DNA of 64,000 nucleotides from NCBI RefSeq assembly GCF_009914755.1, contig NC_060940.1, one strand, 5' to 3'. Positions within the stretch are counted from its first letter, which is position 1; each line of letters begins with the position of its first letter. Below the pieces are notes generated by a model that saw only the letters and a list, made by a program, of their open reading frames with translations, did not search any database and was not told where the DNA came from. The position numbers were made by a program, and so were the translations under genes. This document shows positions 18,865 through 41,810 of this stretch, in pieces. Source of the stretch: the human T2T-CHM13v2.0 reference genome, Homo sapiens.

Positions 18865-19479
18865 TCAACACTTGCCTGGGCAATATAGCGAGACCCGTTC
18901 TCCACAAAAAAGAAAAAAAAAAAAGACCAAAAAGAAAAAAATGAAGTCAAACTCCAGGCAAGAGTGTAATCCACAATCCGATCCACAGCACTGTTTTTTC
19001 TTTTTTTTTTTTTTTGGAGACAGAGTCTCGCTCTGTCACCAGGCTGGAGTGCAGTGGCGTGATCTTGGCTCACTGCAACCTCCAACGCCCCTGGTTCAAG
19101 CGATTCTCCTGCCTCAGCCTCCTGAGTAGCTGGGATTACAGGCACGCGCCACGACGCCCAGGTAATTTTTGTAGTTTTAGTAGAGACGGGGTTTCACCAT
19201 GTTGGCCAGGATGGTCTCGATCTCCTGACCTTGTGATTCGCCCATCCCGGCCTCCCAAAGTGCTGGGATTACAGGCATGAGCCACCATGCCCAGCCCACA
19301 GCACTGTTTCAACATCCTTTCCTCCATCTTAGTTACAATCCCAGGCTTGACCCAGTCCGACCCAGAGGACCACCCAAAGGCAGGCTGATCAGCAGTCTAA
19401 GAGCTTCGTATAGCCTACGCCCCAAAGATAATGAACACCAGGGAAAAAAATAAATATGACTCAAGGGAAGATTAAAACT

Positions 19480-20178
19480 ACGGAGACCCACAGATAAAAC
19501 TTCTACTCCTGCCCACGATGGAGCAACCTGTACCACGTTAGCTCCGCACCATCAACAAGGAAAAAACCAGACGAAATCTAGGAAGCAACAACCTCCAGAC
19601 AACAGGAAGCGGGAAGTGCAGGACTGTGAACCTGAGAGCCAGGAAACACGCCACGCAGCCCTGACCCATGACTCCAGCCCCTGCAGGCAGCTCCTTCCCT
19701 GGAGCAGGGACAAGGGGCACAGGCAGGGCAGGTGGTCTTGCATAGCTGAGGAGACAAGGACTGGAGTTCAGGGACGCAGAGGCAGCTAAAAGTGGCAGGG
19801 CAGAGCACTGGAGAGAGGAAGCTATGGGAGAAAAAGCCCTGGAAATCTGCACGGGGGCGTCCCCTGGAGTCTCTGTACACTAAACTGCACCCTGGGAGGG
19901 TGAGACCAAGGAACCACCACTGTGAAGACAAAAGCATCTTCTGATGCTGAGAACTATCAGAGCTTACACAGGGCTTGGAAACAGGCAAGTTCCAACCAGA
20001 CGAGGTGAAAAGATGTCACTGACCACACAGGTCATTCACTAGAGACTGCAGAAAGGCCACCACTGAGGGCTAAGCCAGCCCTAGAGAGAGCGTCAAAGAT
20101 CAAGATGATCTGCAAGGAACTGAATCACCTCAGGACAAAATGCAACACTGTTTGATAGGTGAAAAAATCCAGACACTC
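19480..20178 (+). mobile_element. Probable ancient L1M 5' region fragment
   Basis: aaaacttctactcctgccc..gatggag...aggactgtgaacctgagag... resembles old L1 5' sequence. Confidence 0.45.
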
Positions 20179-20297
20179 AGGCTGGGAGCAGTGGCTCACG
20201 CCTGTAATCTCAGCACTTTGGGAGGCCGAGGTGGGTGGATCACTTGAGGTCAGGAGTTCGAAACCAGCCTGGCCAACATGGTGAAACCCCGTCTCTA

Positions 20298-20525
<228 letters not shown>

Positions 20526-20590
20526 TCAGCGGGCTGAAGCAGGAGAATCGCTTGAACCCGGCAGGCGGAGGTTGTAGTGAGATGAGATCA

Positions 20591-20894
<304 letters not shown>

Positions 20895-21801
20895 TTACTC
20901 AGGAGGCTGGGGCAGGAGAATCACTTCAACCTGGGGGGCAGAGGTTGCAATGAGCCGAAATCAGGCCATTGCACTCCAGCCTGGGTGACAGAGCAAGACT
21001 CCATCTCAACAACAACAACAACAAATACAAGCGTATACAAATCTGATTTTTAAACCAGCCCAAATGCCTGCAAGCCTGCATCTGCACGGGATGTTCACAC
21101 AGCTCAGGCAGGCAGGTCCTCCTCACCAAACCAACTTCATTAGCAGGTGAGTTCTAAGCACACAATCAGCAAAGGGGGAAGGAAATATTGCACAGGAATG
21201 CATGTATCATGCTGTGGTCACCTGATGCGTTGATCTTTCTCTGCACTGGAGAGGCAGGCACTCATTCAAATTTTCTGTGCGAGTCTAACTGTCACAGAGT
21301 TGAACAATGGACAAGGACAGAGTTCCCATCCTCACAGAGCTTACAGAACGTCTAACTCCGGAAGCCCCTTCCCTGACAGGAGAGCGACAGCTGACACTGC
21401 TCTCCTGGGTAGGAAACCAGCTAACCACGTGCTAAGTCAGTGCCACTTCTCTGTGATCCGGTTACCACTCGTTTCCGCTAATACAATTGTTTTCCTTCCA
21501 CCATGCACACCTTTCCTGAACATCCAGTTCTCCTGTCTTCACCATCTAGTCCAGACCGTGGGCCTAGGGGGAGTGAGCATTCTGCCAGTGGCTGCGACAC
21601 ACCAGGAACGACACGAGCTATTTTACATGGAATATTTCATGTGATCCTCATGCCACCTGGGGAGCAGGTGTTCTCCTCCCCGTCTCACAGTGAAGAAGCT
21701 GAGTAAGGAATCCAAGTGAGCAAACAGCAGAACCAGGCGATCTACAGGGCCCAGCCCCTCCGCACCAGCTGCCTGTCACCTATCAACTCTCCGTGTGTCT
21801 A

Positions 21802-21954
<153 letters not shown>

Positions 21955-23000
21955 CTACAGGAAGGAAGAAGAATGTCAGTGTCACAAATGATACGCTTCC
22001 AAGGAAGTGGTGAGAACAATCTTAATCATGACAATTCCCTGGGAAACTGACATGCTAAAGGAATGTAAACCATACCAGCACAGGGAGGCCATGGGCTGGG
22101 TCCCCGGGGCCATTGGGGATGACGACACAATGAAAACGACCGAACGCCCACCAGGCCCATCAATCTGGAAGGTACTGAAAGCCCTCGTTGTTATTAGGAC
22201 TGGTCATTCTCCTAATTCCAGCCTAGTTTTTTTGTTTTTGTTTTGTTTGAGATGAAGTCTCGCTGTTGCCCACAATGGAGTGCAATGGCGCAATCTTTGC
22301 TCACTGCAACCTCCGCCTCCCAGGTGCAAGTGATTCTCTGCCTCAGCCTCCAAGTAGCTAGGACTACAGGCGCCCGCCACCACACCCCGCTAATTTTTGT
22401 ATCGTTAGCAGAGACTGGGTTTCACCACATTGGCCAGACTGCTCTCAAACTCCTGACCTCAGGTGATCTGCCCACCTCGGCCTCCCAAAGTGCTGGGATT
22501 ACAGGCATGAGCCACTGTACCCAGTCAAGCCTAGTTTCTAAATGCACGAAAACTGAGAGACGAAGATGGACAAATGCAGTCAAACCCCCAAGGCCCATCC
22601 CGGGCTGCAGGGAAGGTGAGCTCCTGCTTTTGTGTGTCACACACAATTGTGAAACACAGGTCTTACTGGCCTGCTCAAAAATAAAAATTAGCCCTAAAAT
22701 TTATCAGCACTTTCCGTGTTTAAGACAACCTGAAAGCTGAGTGTGAAACCTGGAAACCCGCTGGGAGGAAGAACAGCACAGACAACCACAAAGAGGGGTG
22801 CGCCCGCCAAGAGTGATGACGGCAGAGCTGGGCCTCAGCCTAAGTCCCAGGAATAGAGACCCCAGGACCACTGAAGTCATCAACAGTCATGCCAGGGCCT
22901 GGAGCATCCTGGCGACGTCTCACATCAGGCCTGACGGCTCAAGCGCGTGATACAAGGGGTGAAGGGGCTAACGCATATTTGATGTCACTGCCTTAAGTTA

Positions 23001-23162
<162 letters not shown>

Positions 23163-23442
23163 TCAGCAAGATCACCCCCGATACCCACCTGAGCGCTGTC
23201 CCCTTCCTCACAGAATCCTCTGTCACCACAAACTGGCTGCCTCTACACTTCCTGAAAGGAGAGCCTGGCATCGAGAAAGGAAGCAAAGGTGCCACTTGAA
23301 CACCAACCCCTCTACCAGTGCCCAGGGCCACACTCCAAGGACAACCATGGAGCTGGACTGACACAGTGTCTGGTTGTATTAACAAAAAAAAAAAAAAAAA
23401 AAAAATTCCCCAGGCAGGAATAAGTCCAGATGCCCCTACTGA

Positions 23443-23713
<271 letters not shown>

Positions 23714-23939
23714 TGATCTGCCCACCTCGGCCTCCCACAGTGCTGGGATTACAGGTGTGAGCCACCGTGCCTGGACCTCAGAACTGTCCTCTTTTAAGAG
23801 CCTATCCTGTCAAATCACCTCAAAACCATTCTAAAAAGTCCAGTAACTAGGCCAGGAGCAGTGGCTCCTGCCTGTAATCCCAGCACTTTGGGAGGCCGAG
23901 GCAGGCAGATCACGAGGTGAAGAGATCGAGACCATCCTA

Positions 23940-24213
<274 letters not shown>

Positions 24214-24443
24214 TTATTTCACATGAGAACAAAAGAAGAGCTACAAGGAAATTACATAATAATATTATGGGCCAGGCCCGGTGGCTCACACTTGTAATCC
24301 CAGCACTTTGGGAGGCTGAGGCGGGCAGATCACCTGAGGTGAGGAGTTCAAGACCAGCCTGGCAAACACGGTGAAACCCCCCGTCTCTACTAAAAATACA
24401 AAAAGTAGCCAGGCATGGTGGTGGGCACCTGTAATCCCAGCTA

Positions 24444-24620
<177 letters not shown>

Positions 24621-24844
24621 CTATCTGGCGAATCACTGGGAAAGATCCTCCCTTCAGAGTCCTCTAAGACGGCGTTCCCCAAGGCGTGCTCCATAATGCC
24701 AACTCCAAAAGATGTTTCTCAAAGGAAAAACAGGTTTCAAGGTCAAGTGAGTTTGGGAAATCTGAGAACTCTATTTTCTATTGGGGATTTATTTGCATAG
24801 AAACATGTCATAGGCTGGGAATTTCTGCAGGAAAGAAACCAGTA

Positions 24845-25911
<1,067 letters not shown>

Positions 25912-26247
25912 TTAGGTCGGGTGCAGTGGCTCACACCTGTAATCACAGCATTTTGGGAGGCCAAGGCAGTTGGATCATCTGAGGTCAGGAATTTGAGGCC
26001 AGCCTGACTCCAGAGGTTGCAGTGAGCTGAGATCGCGCCATAGCACTCCAGCCTGGGCAACAAAAGCAAAACTCCGTCTCAGAAAAGAAAAAAAGAAAAA
26101 AAAAAACTTTTTAAAAATAATAAATAGGCCGGGTACAGTGGCTCACGCCTGTAATCCCAGCACTTTGGGAGGCCGAGGTGGGTGGATCACCTAAGGTCGG
26201 GAGTTCAAGACCAGCCTGACCAACACGGAGAAACTCCGTCTCTACTA

Positions 26248-26388
<141 letters not shown>

Positions 26389-27066
26389 CTACACTCCGTC
26401 TCAGAAAAAAAAATAAAGAGTGTTTCCCAAATTCCTCTGACCCTGAATCTTTTCTCACTGAATACCTATTGATTTTCTGCAGAAAAGCACCAAACACAAC
26501 TTCAGAAACGATCTACACGGGGCCCAAACTGAGGTCCCCACCCAGCCACCAGCGGCACCAGCCCAGGTGTTGCCGCCGCACAGGCAGGTGAGGTACTGAG
26601 GCAGCTGGTGTCATGCCCCCATTTTCCAGGTAGGTCACATCAGAGCCAATCCTGACGATATGCTCATTTAGAAACTGGTCATTCTCACAAGGTTTTAAAG
26701 TAATATGATTAAGAAATAGGAAGTTGGAAGATATTAAGGTTACCAAGCAAAAGATCTTAATCTCAGGATAACTGCTCCCTCCTATTAGGAAGCATTTCCA
26801 GCTGACCCAGGGAACTGCCAACACCTTAAATTATATCCTGACATGAAATCTGACTTTCAGGCAACATTACTTATGGAAAAATTCTAAAATATCATTAAAA
26901 AAAAAAAAAAAGAAAAAGGCCAGGTACGGTGACTTGAGCCCAGGAACTCGAGACCAGCCTGGACAACATAAAAAAAAGTCTCTACAGGGCCGGGCACGGT
27001 GGCTCACGCCTGTAATCCTAGCACTCTGGGAGGCTGAGGCGGGCGGATCACGAGGTCAGAAGATCA

Positions 27067-27309
<243 letters not shown>

Positions 27310-27411
27310 CTAATCCCCATTCAAAGTGGCTTTCCTCAGGAGTGCTATATATCAGAAGCCTAAGATCAAGGATTTATTTGCTCCAATAACTCAAATGAAA
27401 ATGTACATTTA

Positions 27412-27786
<375 letters not shown>

Positions 27787-28609
27787 CTAATGGACATGAA
27801 GTGAAAACCAGGAAGGACACTGGCCTTTGGGAGTGGCTCCAACACCACTCACTCTGCTCAGGGGCTGATCACCGTGCTCCTCCCACCTCTGGGCAGGTGA
27901 TGATAACCCTGCCTCTGAGGCCGGTGGGTGGGACTCGGGCACCAGAGCCATCACATGCGCCTCATTAATGCAAACGCAGCACAATCGTGACCCTCCACTC
28001 CCGATGGGCTGAACCCCGGCTTCCACTAGGGCCTGCAGCAGCTTTATTAAAAGGGTAAATCCTGCAAGGTTAATCTCCTACTGAGGGAAATAAACCATTT
28101 CTCATTCCAGCTCATCCCACACGTGTATGAAATCCTACAGACTCGGAACGTTTTTACGTAATTTTCAAATCCATTTAAAATGGCTTATACTCAATTTATG
28201 TTTAACAAACTTTTCACATGAGAATTTGAAAGCATTACAAACACATCAAAAGGCCACAGTGATTTTCAGCTTTCTGCCTACAGTACGCACTTTTAAAATA
28301 CCTTAAGAACCAAAGAAAAGCTCACTGGGGCAAAACTTTCATCCCCACGTCACGACCAGTGGAGGAGCTTTCAAAGTTGGCACCGGAGCCCAGAGGCAGC
28401 AGCTGTGCTGTAGGCCCTGCTCCCAGGTTCCATGACAGTAAAGCTTACAGCCTCATTCCAGTTCTTCAGCAGAAAGTGACCAAGAACAGGTTTTAATAAT
28501 GAAAATGTCCCAAGTGCCTGGTCATTTACGAAACCTGGTGCTATTTAAAGCAGTTTTTCAATGTATAGAAGAAAAGGAAACATACAATATGAAAAATGCT
28601 ACTTGCTCA

Positions 28610-28702
<93 letters not shown>

Positions 28703-28956
28703 CTAGGGCAAGCAAGCAGGCACACGTGAGACTTATTCCCAGGACCCGCCGCGGAGCCACAGCCCGCTCAGCTTTCCTCCAATCAGTGTGATTCGACTGG
28801 GCTCAGTCACATCTGTGAATTGCAACATACTGTGCCTGTTTGAAATGCAGAGTTTGACACATTCGAAAGTAACCAGAGCTTGACCTCAAAGGCAGTCTGC
28901 TTAAAGGGTAGATGTGTGCACCAAGTATTATCTCCACACCCTTAACGCTCCCTCTG

Positions 28957-29196
28957 CAAGACCTTCCACTTAGACAAGCCCGTTGTGACTTCACTGCAGA
29001 CACTCTCAGCACCTCTCATAACCCAGACTCGAGCCGTCGCACCTGCCAGCCTTCCTGTCTGCAGAGCAGTGTCTGACAAGAACTTCCACTTAGACAAGCC
29101 CATCGTGACTTCACTGCAGACACCCTCAGCACCTCTCAGAGCCCAGGCCTGGGCCGTCACGCCTGCCTGCCTTCCTGTCTGCTGAGCAGTGTCTGA
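28957..29196. repeat. 120-bp tandem duplication in KLHDC4 intron 1
   Basis: cttccacttagacaagccc...gccttcctgtctgc.gagcagtgtctga at 28963 and 29083. Confidence 0.92.
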
Positions 29197-30103
29197 TATA
29201 TTTCTCTTGCTTATTTGTTTCCTCCACCCCAACAAAATAATAAAATATGAGCTCCACCAGAGCAAGACTTGTGTCTAGTTAAAACACTGCCTGCACAGCA
29301 AGAGCTCAGCAAATACCAGCTGCAGTCTATCCAAGTAAGAAGGTCTCAACTTTTACTACCATCGAGAGTGACTCAAGGTACTGATGTGCCAGCACAGAGG
29401 GCAGCACTGGAACCCAGTGTTCCCGCCTCAGTCCCAGTGCCCATTTCCCAACATTTACGAGACACTCCCATGCACACCCGAGCCTGGCATTTCAAGTTCC
29501 TTCTAGCCTTCAGTGTCCTGCTTGCAACTACACACACCTGCAGACCATCTTCCCTCCCCCACACCCACCTCTCCAACCTCACCTCCCACCTGGCCTCACT
29601 CTCCAAGATACACCAGCGTCCTCTCCGTTCCTTCAATGAAAACGCCAGGTTCCCTCAGCCTGCCACGCCCCACCTCGTGCTTCCTTCAGTCTACCTCTCA
29701 TCTCAGGGTGAATGTCAGCAGGGTACACTGCTTAGTATTCTAAACGATGCAATATTTAAAACACACAAGTTAACAGAACTTTATCCAAGACATTCCTGTA
29801 TACGGTTCCCAGGGTAAGGAATAAAGTGTCACCCACATGTACCCACCCACACATTCCCTCAAGTAACCACTATCTGGAACTCGATGCTTATTAGTCTCAC
29901 GCTTTTCTTCAATCTTTTATTACACATGTGTATCCCTAAGCAACATATAGTATTGTTTTACATTTTTAAATGTCATTAAATGGACTGGGCACAGTGGCTC
30001 ACGCCTGTAATCCCCGAACTTTGGGAGGCCGAGGCAGGTGGATAATTTGAGGTCAGGAGTTCGAGACCAGCCTGACCAACACGGTGAAACCCCGTCTCTA
30101 CTA

Positions 30104-30367
<264 letters not shown>

Positions 30368-30716
30368 CTAACGTCTATGTACCGCGAAAGCTTTGCTGCT
30401 GCTACTTAGAGCGGTCTTTGACCTTGGCTGAACCTCATCATCATTGGGTGACTGAAGGAGAGCAAGGTGGTAGGGTCTGGGTGACGCCAGTGGCCTAGCC
30501 AGTGACAGCCTCTCCAAAGTGACAATAAGCTGAATGCTGAAAAGACGACTCAGACGGAGTATGGTTGGGGTATAGGTAAGACCACAGACACAACTTGCCA
30601 TGTTTGAGACACTAAAAGACACTGTGGCTGGAGTGAGCCCAGGGAGACAGCTGGAAAGACAGGCAGAGGCCAGGACTAAGTGAAGGTGCGAACCAGGTGA
30701 CCTGATACATGAGTTC

Positions 30717-30960
30717 TGTGGGAGCAGAATTCCAAACTGTCCCCAATCCTTCCCCCAATAATTGCCAGGACTGTGAAAGAATGGGATACCACTCTTGTGA
30801 TTAGGTTGTATTACAGACACAGCTGAATTTAAGAAAGAGATGATCCTCTGTGGGTCTAGCCTAATCAGACGCCCACTTATTTTAAAAGTTTGTTTTGAGG
30901 GTTCATTCAGATAACATACAAACCCCAGGCCTGACAGGCTCTCTCTCTTAAGGGAAGCTA
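30717..30960 (+). mobile_element. MLT1-type MaLR LTR fragment
   Basis: tgtgggagcagaattcc...ccaggactgtgaa...cactcttgtgattaggtt...gggtctagcctaatcaga. Confidence 0.55.
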
Positions 30961-31307
30961 CTGTTACAATCACCTTAGTATTGGGTACTGGAGGGAGACA
31001 TGGAGATGAGTAAAAATGACAGGTAACTGGCGGGGCAAGGTGGCTTACGGCTTGTAATCCCAGCACTTTGGGAGGCCGAGGCGAGCGCATCACCTGAGGT
31101 CAGGAGTCCCAGACCAGCCTGACCAAAACGGTGAAACCCGGTCTCTATTAAAAATACAAAATTAGCTGGGTGTGGTGGTGCATGCCTGTAATCTCAGCTA
31201 CTTGGGAGGCTGAGGCAGGAGAACCACTTGAACCTGGGAGGCGGAGGTGCAGTGAGCTGAGATCGCACCATTGCACTCCACCCTGGGCAACAAGAGTGAA
31301 ACTCCTT

Positions 31308-31339
<32 letters not shown>

Positions 31340-32229
31340 CAGAAAGCAGCTAACAGCTGGTTACTGAGTGCTTACTTTCTGCCAAGCACCATTCTGAAGA
31401 TACCACACAGATGAACTGACTTCCTGTGCCACAACCCTAGCCAGCAGGTCATGCCACTGCAGCCCAGCCTAGGTGACAGAGCAAGACTCTGTCAAAAAAA
31501 AAAAAAAAAAAAAGAAAGAGCCTAAGAGGAGTGTGAGGGAAAAGTCCAACTCCATTATTTAAGAGATGAGGACATGGAGAGATCAATGACTTAGGAAGAA
31601 AAGGGACAAAGGACTGTGGTCAAGAGCTCCTGATTCAGGACATCTGGTCACATCCCAGTTCCATACCACTTCATGGTTCACCTGTTGGTCTTCCTGTCAA
31701 ATGGGAATACCAGTGCTACGGAACTGACCTGCTCGTGAGGAGTAAAGCCCAGGGAGCTGTGCCTGGCGCACGGCAGGCCATAAAACTGGCCCCGGTTAGG
31801 GAATCCATGAGCAGCAGCCGCAGAACACTCAACCCCAAGGTCAGGACGGATCCTCCTGCAGACCCCGGGCTGAGGACCAGAGGGAAGGAGACAACCGTGA
31901 TGGCCGCCATCAGCTGCTACGGGATACCCCGTGGCTCCAGTGCCTTCTTCACTTAACCATCTGCTGCTCACTGCTCAGGGCTGCTGTGATGATTATTTGC
32001 CCTCTTTTGAAAGAAAAGTAAGGTTCAGAAAAGTTAAGAGTCTTACTCCCAGACCACACATCATGCAGAGGCAGCCCCCGGCTCAACCTCAGGTCTTCCT
32101 GTGCCAAACCCCTCCCTCTTCTCACCACCCAGCCTCCCTTCAGAGGGAGGGTGGAGGGAGAAGGGAGGAGGGGGAGGAAACGCAGAAAAACGCCCGTGAC
32201 ACCACACTAAGAAAAGCAAGCACGTTAAA

Positions 32230-33400
<1,171 letters not shown>

Positions 33401-33459
33401 TTCGCCCTGGGTAGAACTAAGTGGGCGACTCTTGGGCTAGCCCCATTTTTTCCCCTCAG

Positions 33460-33528
33460 ACCAAACAAATGAGTGCTTTTTTCCCAGAAAAAAAATTTCA
33501 CACAGTTATAAGATTTTGCAGATCCTGA
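33460..33528 (+). pseudogene. Fossil exon a, 69 nt, phase 2-2 (PNK*VLFSQKKNFTQL*DFADP-E)
   Basis: Acceptor ccccattttttcccctcag, donor TGA|gtaaga; phase fits exon b. Confidence 0.45.
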
Positions 33529-33612
33529 GTAAGACAGTCCCTGCCGGGCGCGGTGGCTCACGCCTGTAATCCCAGCACTTTGGGAGGCCGAGGTGAGTGG
33601 ATCACGAGGTCA

Positions 33613-33882
<270 letters not shown>

Positions 33883-33942
33883 TTAGGTACTAAGGGCATG
33901 TCCTCAAATGTCCTAACATGGAGGACTTTTGTTTCTTCATAG

Positions 33943-35860
<1,918 letters not shown>

Positions 35861-36037
35861 AGACTGAAATTCTCATACTGAGAAAGACGGAATAGAACAT
35901 CTAAAATGAGATCAGATCCTAAAATAGTCAAAAGATTAAGTACAAGGCTCTATTTTAGTAAAATTCACATTGTTGAAACTTTCATGGATTATCTTTAATC
36001 TGTCGCTGACTTTTAGAGTGTATCTTTTGTGTGATCA

Positions 36038-36053
36038 GGCGCCCTCTGCTGCC
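36038..36053 (-). promoter_or_regulatory. Candidate CTCF site
   Basis: Reverse complement GGCAGCAGAGGGCGCC matches the CTCF core, with CTGCAC upstream; an isolated GC-rich motif in AT-rich sequence. Confidence 0.5.
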
Positions 36054-37061
36054 TTCAAGTTGAAGTGCAGAAGAGAAAAAAAATCTATTAATAATAGATT
36101 AAATTTTAGGAAAATATGCTAACTTCTAATTATCCTCACCACAAGTAATCAATGTGATTGGAAGGTTCTGCCAAGTGTGGTATGGATTACGTGGCTCTTT
36201 GCACGTTTCCCAGCAGGAAAGTGGGAATAATGAACTAGTTCACCTATTACACAGGATTCTTGGGAAAATCAAGTGAAACAATAATAAAGCTTAGGAAAGA
36301 GGCCAGGCGCGGTGGCTCACGCCTGTAATCCCAGCACTTTGGGAGGCTGAGGCGGGTGGATCACGAGGTCAGGAGATCAAGACCATCCTGGCTAACACGG
36401 TGAAACCCCGTCTCTACTAAAAATACAAAAAATTAGCCGGGCGCGGTGGCGGGCGCCTGTAGTCCCAGTACTCGGGAAGCTGAGGCAGGAGAATGGCGTG
36501 AACACGGGAGGCGGAGCTTGCAGTGAGCCAAGATCGCACCATTGCACTCCAGCCTGGGCGACAGAGTGAGACTCCGTCTCAAAAAATAAAAATTAAAAAT
36601 AAATAAAATAAAGCTTAGGGAAGTAAAAAAGCAAAACACAAAGGCTTTTTTTTTTTTTTTTTGAGACAGAGTCTCACTCTGTCACCCAGGCTGGAGTGCA
36701 GTGGCACTATCTCAGCTCACTGCAACCTCCGGCTCCCAAGTTCTTACCTCAGCCTCCCAGGTAGCTGGGATTACAGGCATCTGCCACCACACCCAGCTAA
36801 TTTTTGTATGTTTTATAGAGACAAGGTTTCACCATGTAGGCCAAGCTGGTCTCAAACTCCTGACCTCACGTGATCCACCCGACTGGGCATCTTAAAGTGC
36901 TGGGATTACAGGCGTGAGCCACCATGCTGGCCTTACTGAATTTTTCCCACTTCTTTGAATCCATTCCAGAGAGAGGAATAATAAGATTTCCAACTATAAT
37001 CAGGGATTTATCTATGTGTTGCTTATATACAATAAACTGTATATATTTCAAGTGTGCACAG

Positions 37062-37597
<536 letters not shown>

Positions 37598-37733
37598 TAA
37601 GTGATGTTCTTCTAATTAAAACAATAAATTAAAGTGTAGAATTTAATATGTATTAATACTATCAAGGTCTGGCCAGGCACAGTGGCTCACGCCTGTAATC
37701 TCAGCACTTTGGGAGGCCGAGGCAGGCAGATCA

Positions 37734-38000
<267 letters not shown>

Positions 38001-38113
38001 CTAAACAAAACACCTTGTATGGGAATCATAGAATTATATTTTGAGGCATATCCACAGGCTGGGGTGAACTTCAATATGTCCAAAGAACAAAGAGAAGGTT
38101 GGGGGTTTTATTA

Positions 38114-38709
<596 letters not shown>

Positions 38710-38720
38710 TCAGGCTCAAA

Positions 38721-38751
<31 letters not shown>

Positions 38752-39094
38752 AATAAAAAGAAACTCTTGATTAGTTTCCATTTTTCTAGGGTTTTACAAA
38801 ATGGAATCCTACAGCCAGGGACAGTGGCTCCCACCTGTAATCCCAGCACTTTGGAAGTCTGAAGTGAGTAGATCACCTGAGGTCAGGAGTTCAAGACCAG
38901 CCTGGCCAACATGGCAAAACCCCATCACTACTAAAAATATAAAAATTGGCCAGGCTGTGAGATCGTCTCCCATAGCATTGAGCTGATTTCTGTGGTTCCT
39001 TAGGTCATGGGGGTAGGGTGAGGCCTGCTTCAATCTTACCCTTTTGGGGCAGAACTCTTGAAATCTTGGCTTAATCTGGGGAGTTCTCTCTTAG

Positions 39095-39161
39095 ATCCCA
39101 CCTTGGACACCCTTGGATTTGATTATGTTTTTCTTGCCCTTGGAGGCTGTCAAAACCAAAG
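39095..39161 (+). pseudogene. Fossil exon d, 67 nt, phase 0-1 (IPPWTPLDLIMFFLPLEAVKTK-E)
   Basis: Branch-like CTTAAT, acceptor ttctctcttag, consensus donor AAG|gtaagt; no stops. Confidence 0.65.
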
Positions 39162-39371
39162 GTAAGTATGGCAAGATCGGCTCATGCGTGAAACTAAAAG
39201 CTGTCTCAGAGCCCAGTGGCCTGTTTTTGTTGCTACTTTCCATTAAGGTCTGACTTGGTAATTCCTTATTAGCTTTCGGATGCCTTTCTGATGTTATTTG
39301 TGTCTACCATATTCCTTAAAAGGCAGCATTGCTTCGTTTTTAAATGGTGGGTTTTTGGGAGGTTTTTCTGA

Positions 39372-39853
<482 letters not shown>

Positions 39854-40213
39854 TAAAGACAAGGTTTTACCATGTTGGCCAGGCTGGTCTCGAACTCCTG
39901 ACCTCAAGTGATCCGCCCGCCCACCTTGGCCTCCCAAAGTGCTGGGATTACAGATGTAAATGATGTTTTTTAGTGTGTAATTAATATATACTCATTTTCA
40001 AAATTTGGAAAATGCAGATGAGTATAATGAAGGAAACCTCACAGTCACTTACAGCCTTCTCTGCTGCATGCCAGCACTCTCGGCACTTGGGGGGTATTTC
40101 CTGCTGACGGATCTTGAGCAAAGGTCCGTGCTGTGGCGTCACTCATCTTAGTGTCGTGCACAGGGCCTCCTTCCTTCTTGCTGTATCCGTGTCTTCTTTA
40201 TCACTGATCTCAG

Positions 40214-40761
<548 letters not shown>

Positions 40762-40850
40762 GTGAGACTGCAGGTTTGCGTCTGTCTCCCAGTGGGCGTG
40801 TTCCCCGACCCTACCCAGACATAACCAAAACCTTGCTTTCCTGCATGCAG

Positions 40851-40970
40851 TCATCAGAGATGCCAGACCAGAGGAAATACAGCAATCAAAGCAGGCAAAC
40901 CTGTTGCTAAATGTGTTTTTGAGAGTAAAACTCCTTGGCCAAATACTTCAAGACGCTGATGATTCTCAAA
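40851..40970 (+). pseudogene. Fossil exon f, 120 nt, phase 1-1 (F-IRDARPEEIQQSKQANLLLNVFLRVKLLGQILQDADDSQ-N)
   Basis: Acceptor ccttgctttcctgcatgcag after an 89-nt intron, donor AAA|gtaagt; fully open. Confidence 0.7.
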
Positions 40971-41143
40971 GTAAGTAGATTTTTAAAATCCTATACTGTC
41001 AATGTTTTGAGCATCTGGCTTCTTAACCCAGGAACGAGCTGTTTTCCAGCCTGATAATCCCATAGTCAACAGTGTATGCTTAGCCAGGCCGGTGGCTCAC
41101 GCCTGTAATCTCAGCACTTTGGGAGGCTGAGGCGGGCGGATCA

Positions 41144-41399
<256 letters not shown>

Positions 41400-41506
41400 T
41401 CACAGTGGTAACCCCTGAAATTCTGGCTGTCTAGCCATGGAACTAGTTCGCACTGAAACCCCCTAATTCTAAAAAAGGTCTTTTTTTTCTCATTGTTCCT
41501 ACACAG

Positions 41507-41810
41507 ACTGTCATCATGAACCATCTGGAGAAGGCCAGATGTTTACATTTCACGGAAATGTGGTCCTGAAACCTTCATTCTGAGCGCAGAGCTAACCACC
41601 TCCTCCTATTCTTGGCAACACTAGTAAATGATACATTACCACAGAGCAGGTGAAATGCAGCAGAGACATCTACGCTAGAACCTGAGGGTTGCTATGTTGT
41701 AAGAAGCATGCCCAGGTTTATACTAGGACGCTCGGCTGGAGCATTGGTTCACCGCTGTCCACTATTTTAAAGACATGCCAGAAATAACAATCCTATTATC
41801 TGATTTCCAA
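41507..41810 (+). pseudogene. Fossil exon g, 304 nt (CHHEPSGEGQMFTFHGNVVLKPSF*...; may contain frameshifts)
   Basis: Strong acceptor ttttttttctcattgttcctacacag, donor CAA|gtaagt. Confidence 0.6.

Noticed and set aside
28043-28048. Intronic AATAAA on the KLHDC4 sense strand after exon 2
   Set aside because: No clear downstream GU/U-rich element, and the hexamer is common by chance
30368-31093. 241-aa minus-strand ORF in KLHDC4 intron 1
   Set aside because: Begins in an Alu and runs through an MLT1-like LTR fragment; no recognisable domain
39053-39161. Longer 109-nt version of fossil exon d
   Set aside because: Open in another frame but ends in phase 2, which is incompatible with exon e; the acceptor at 39094 is stronger
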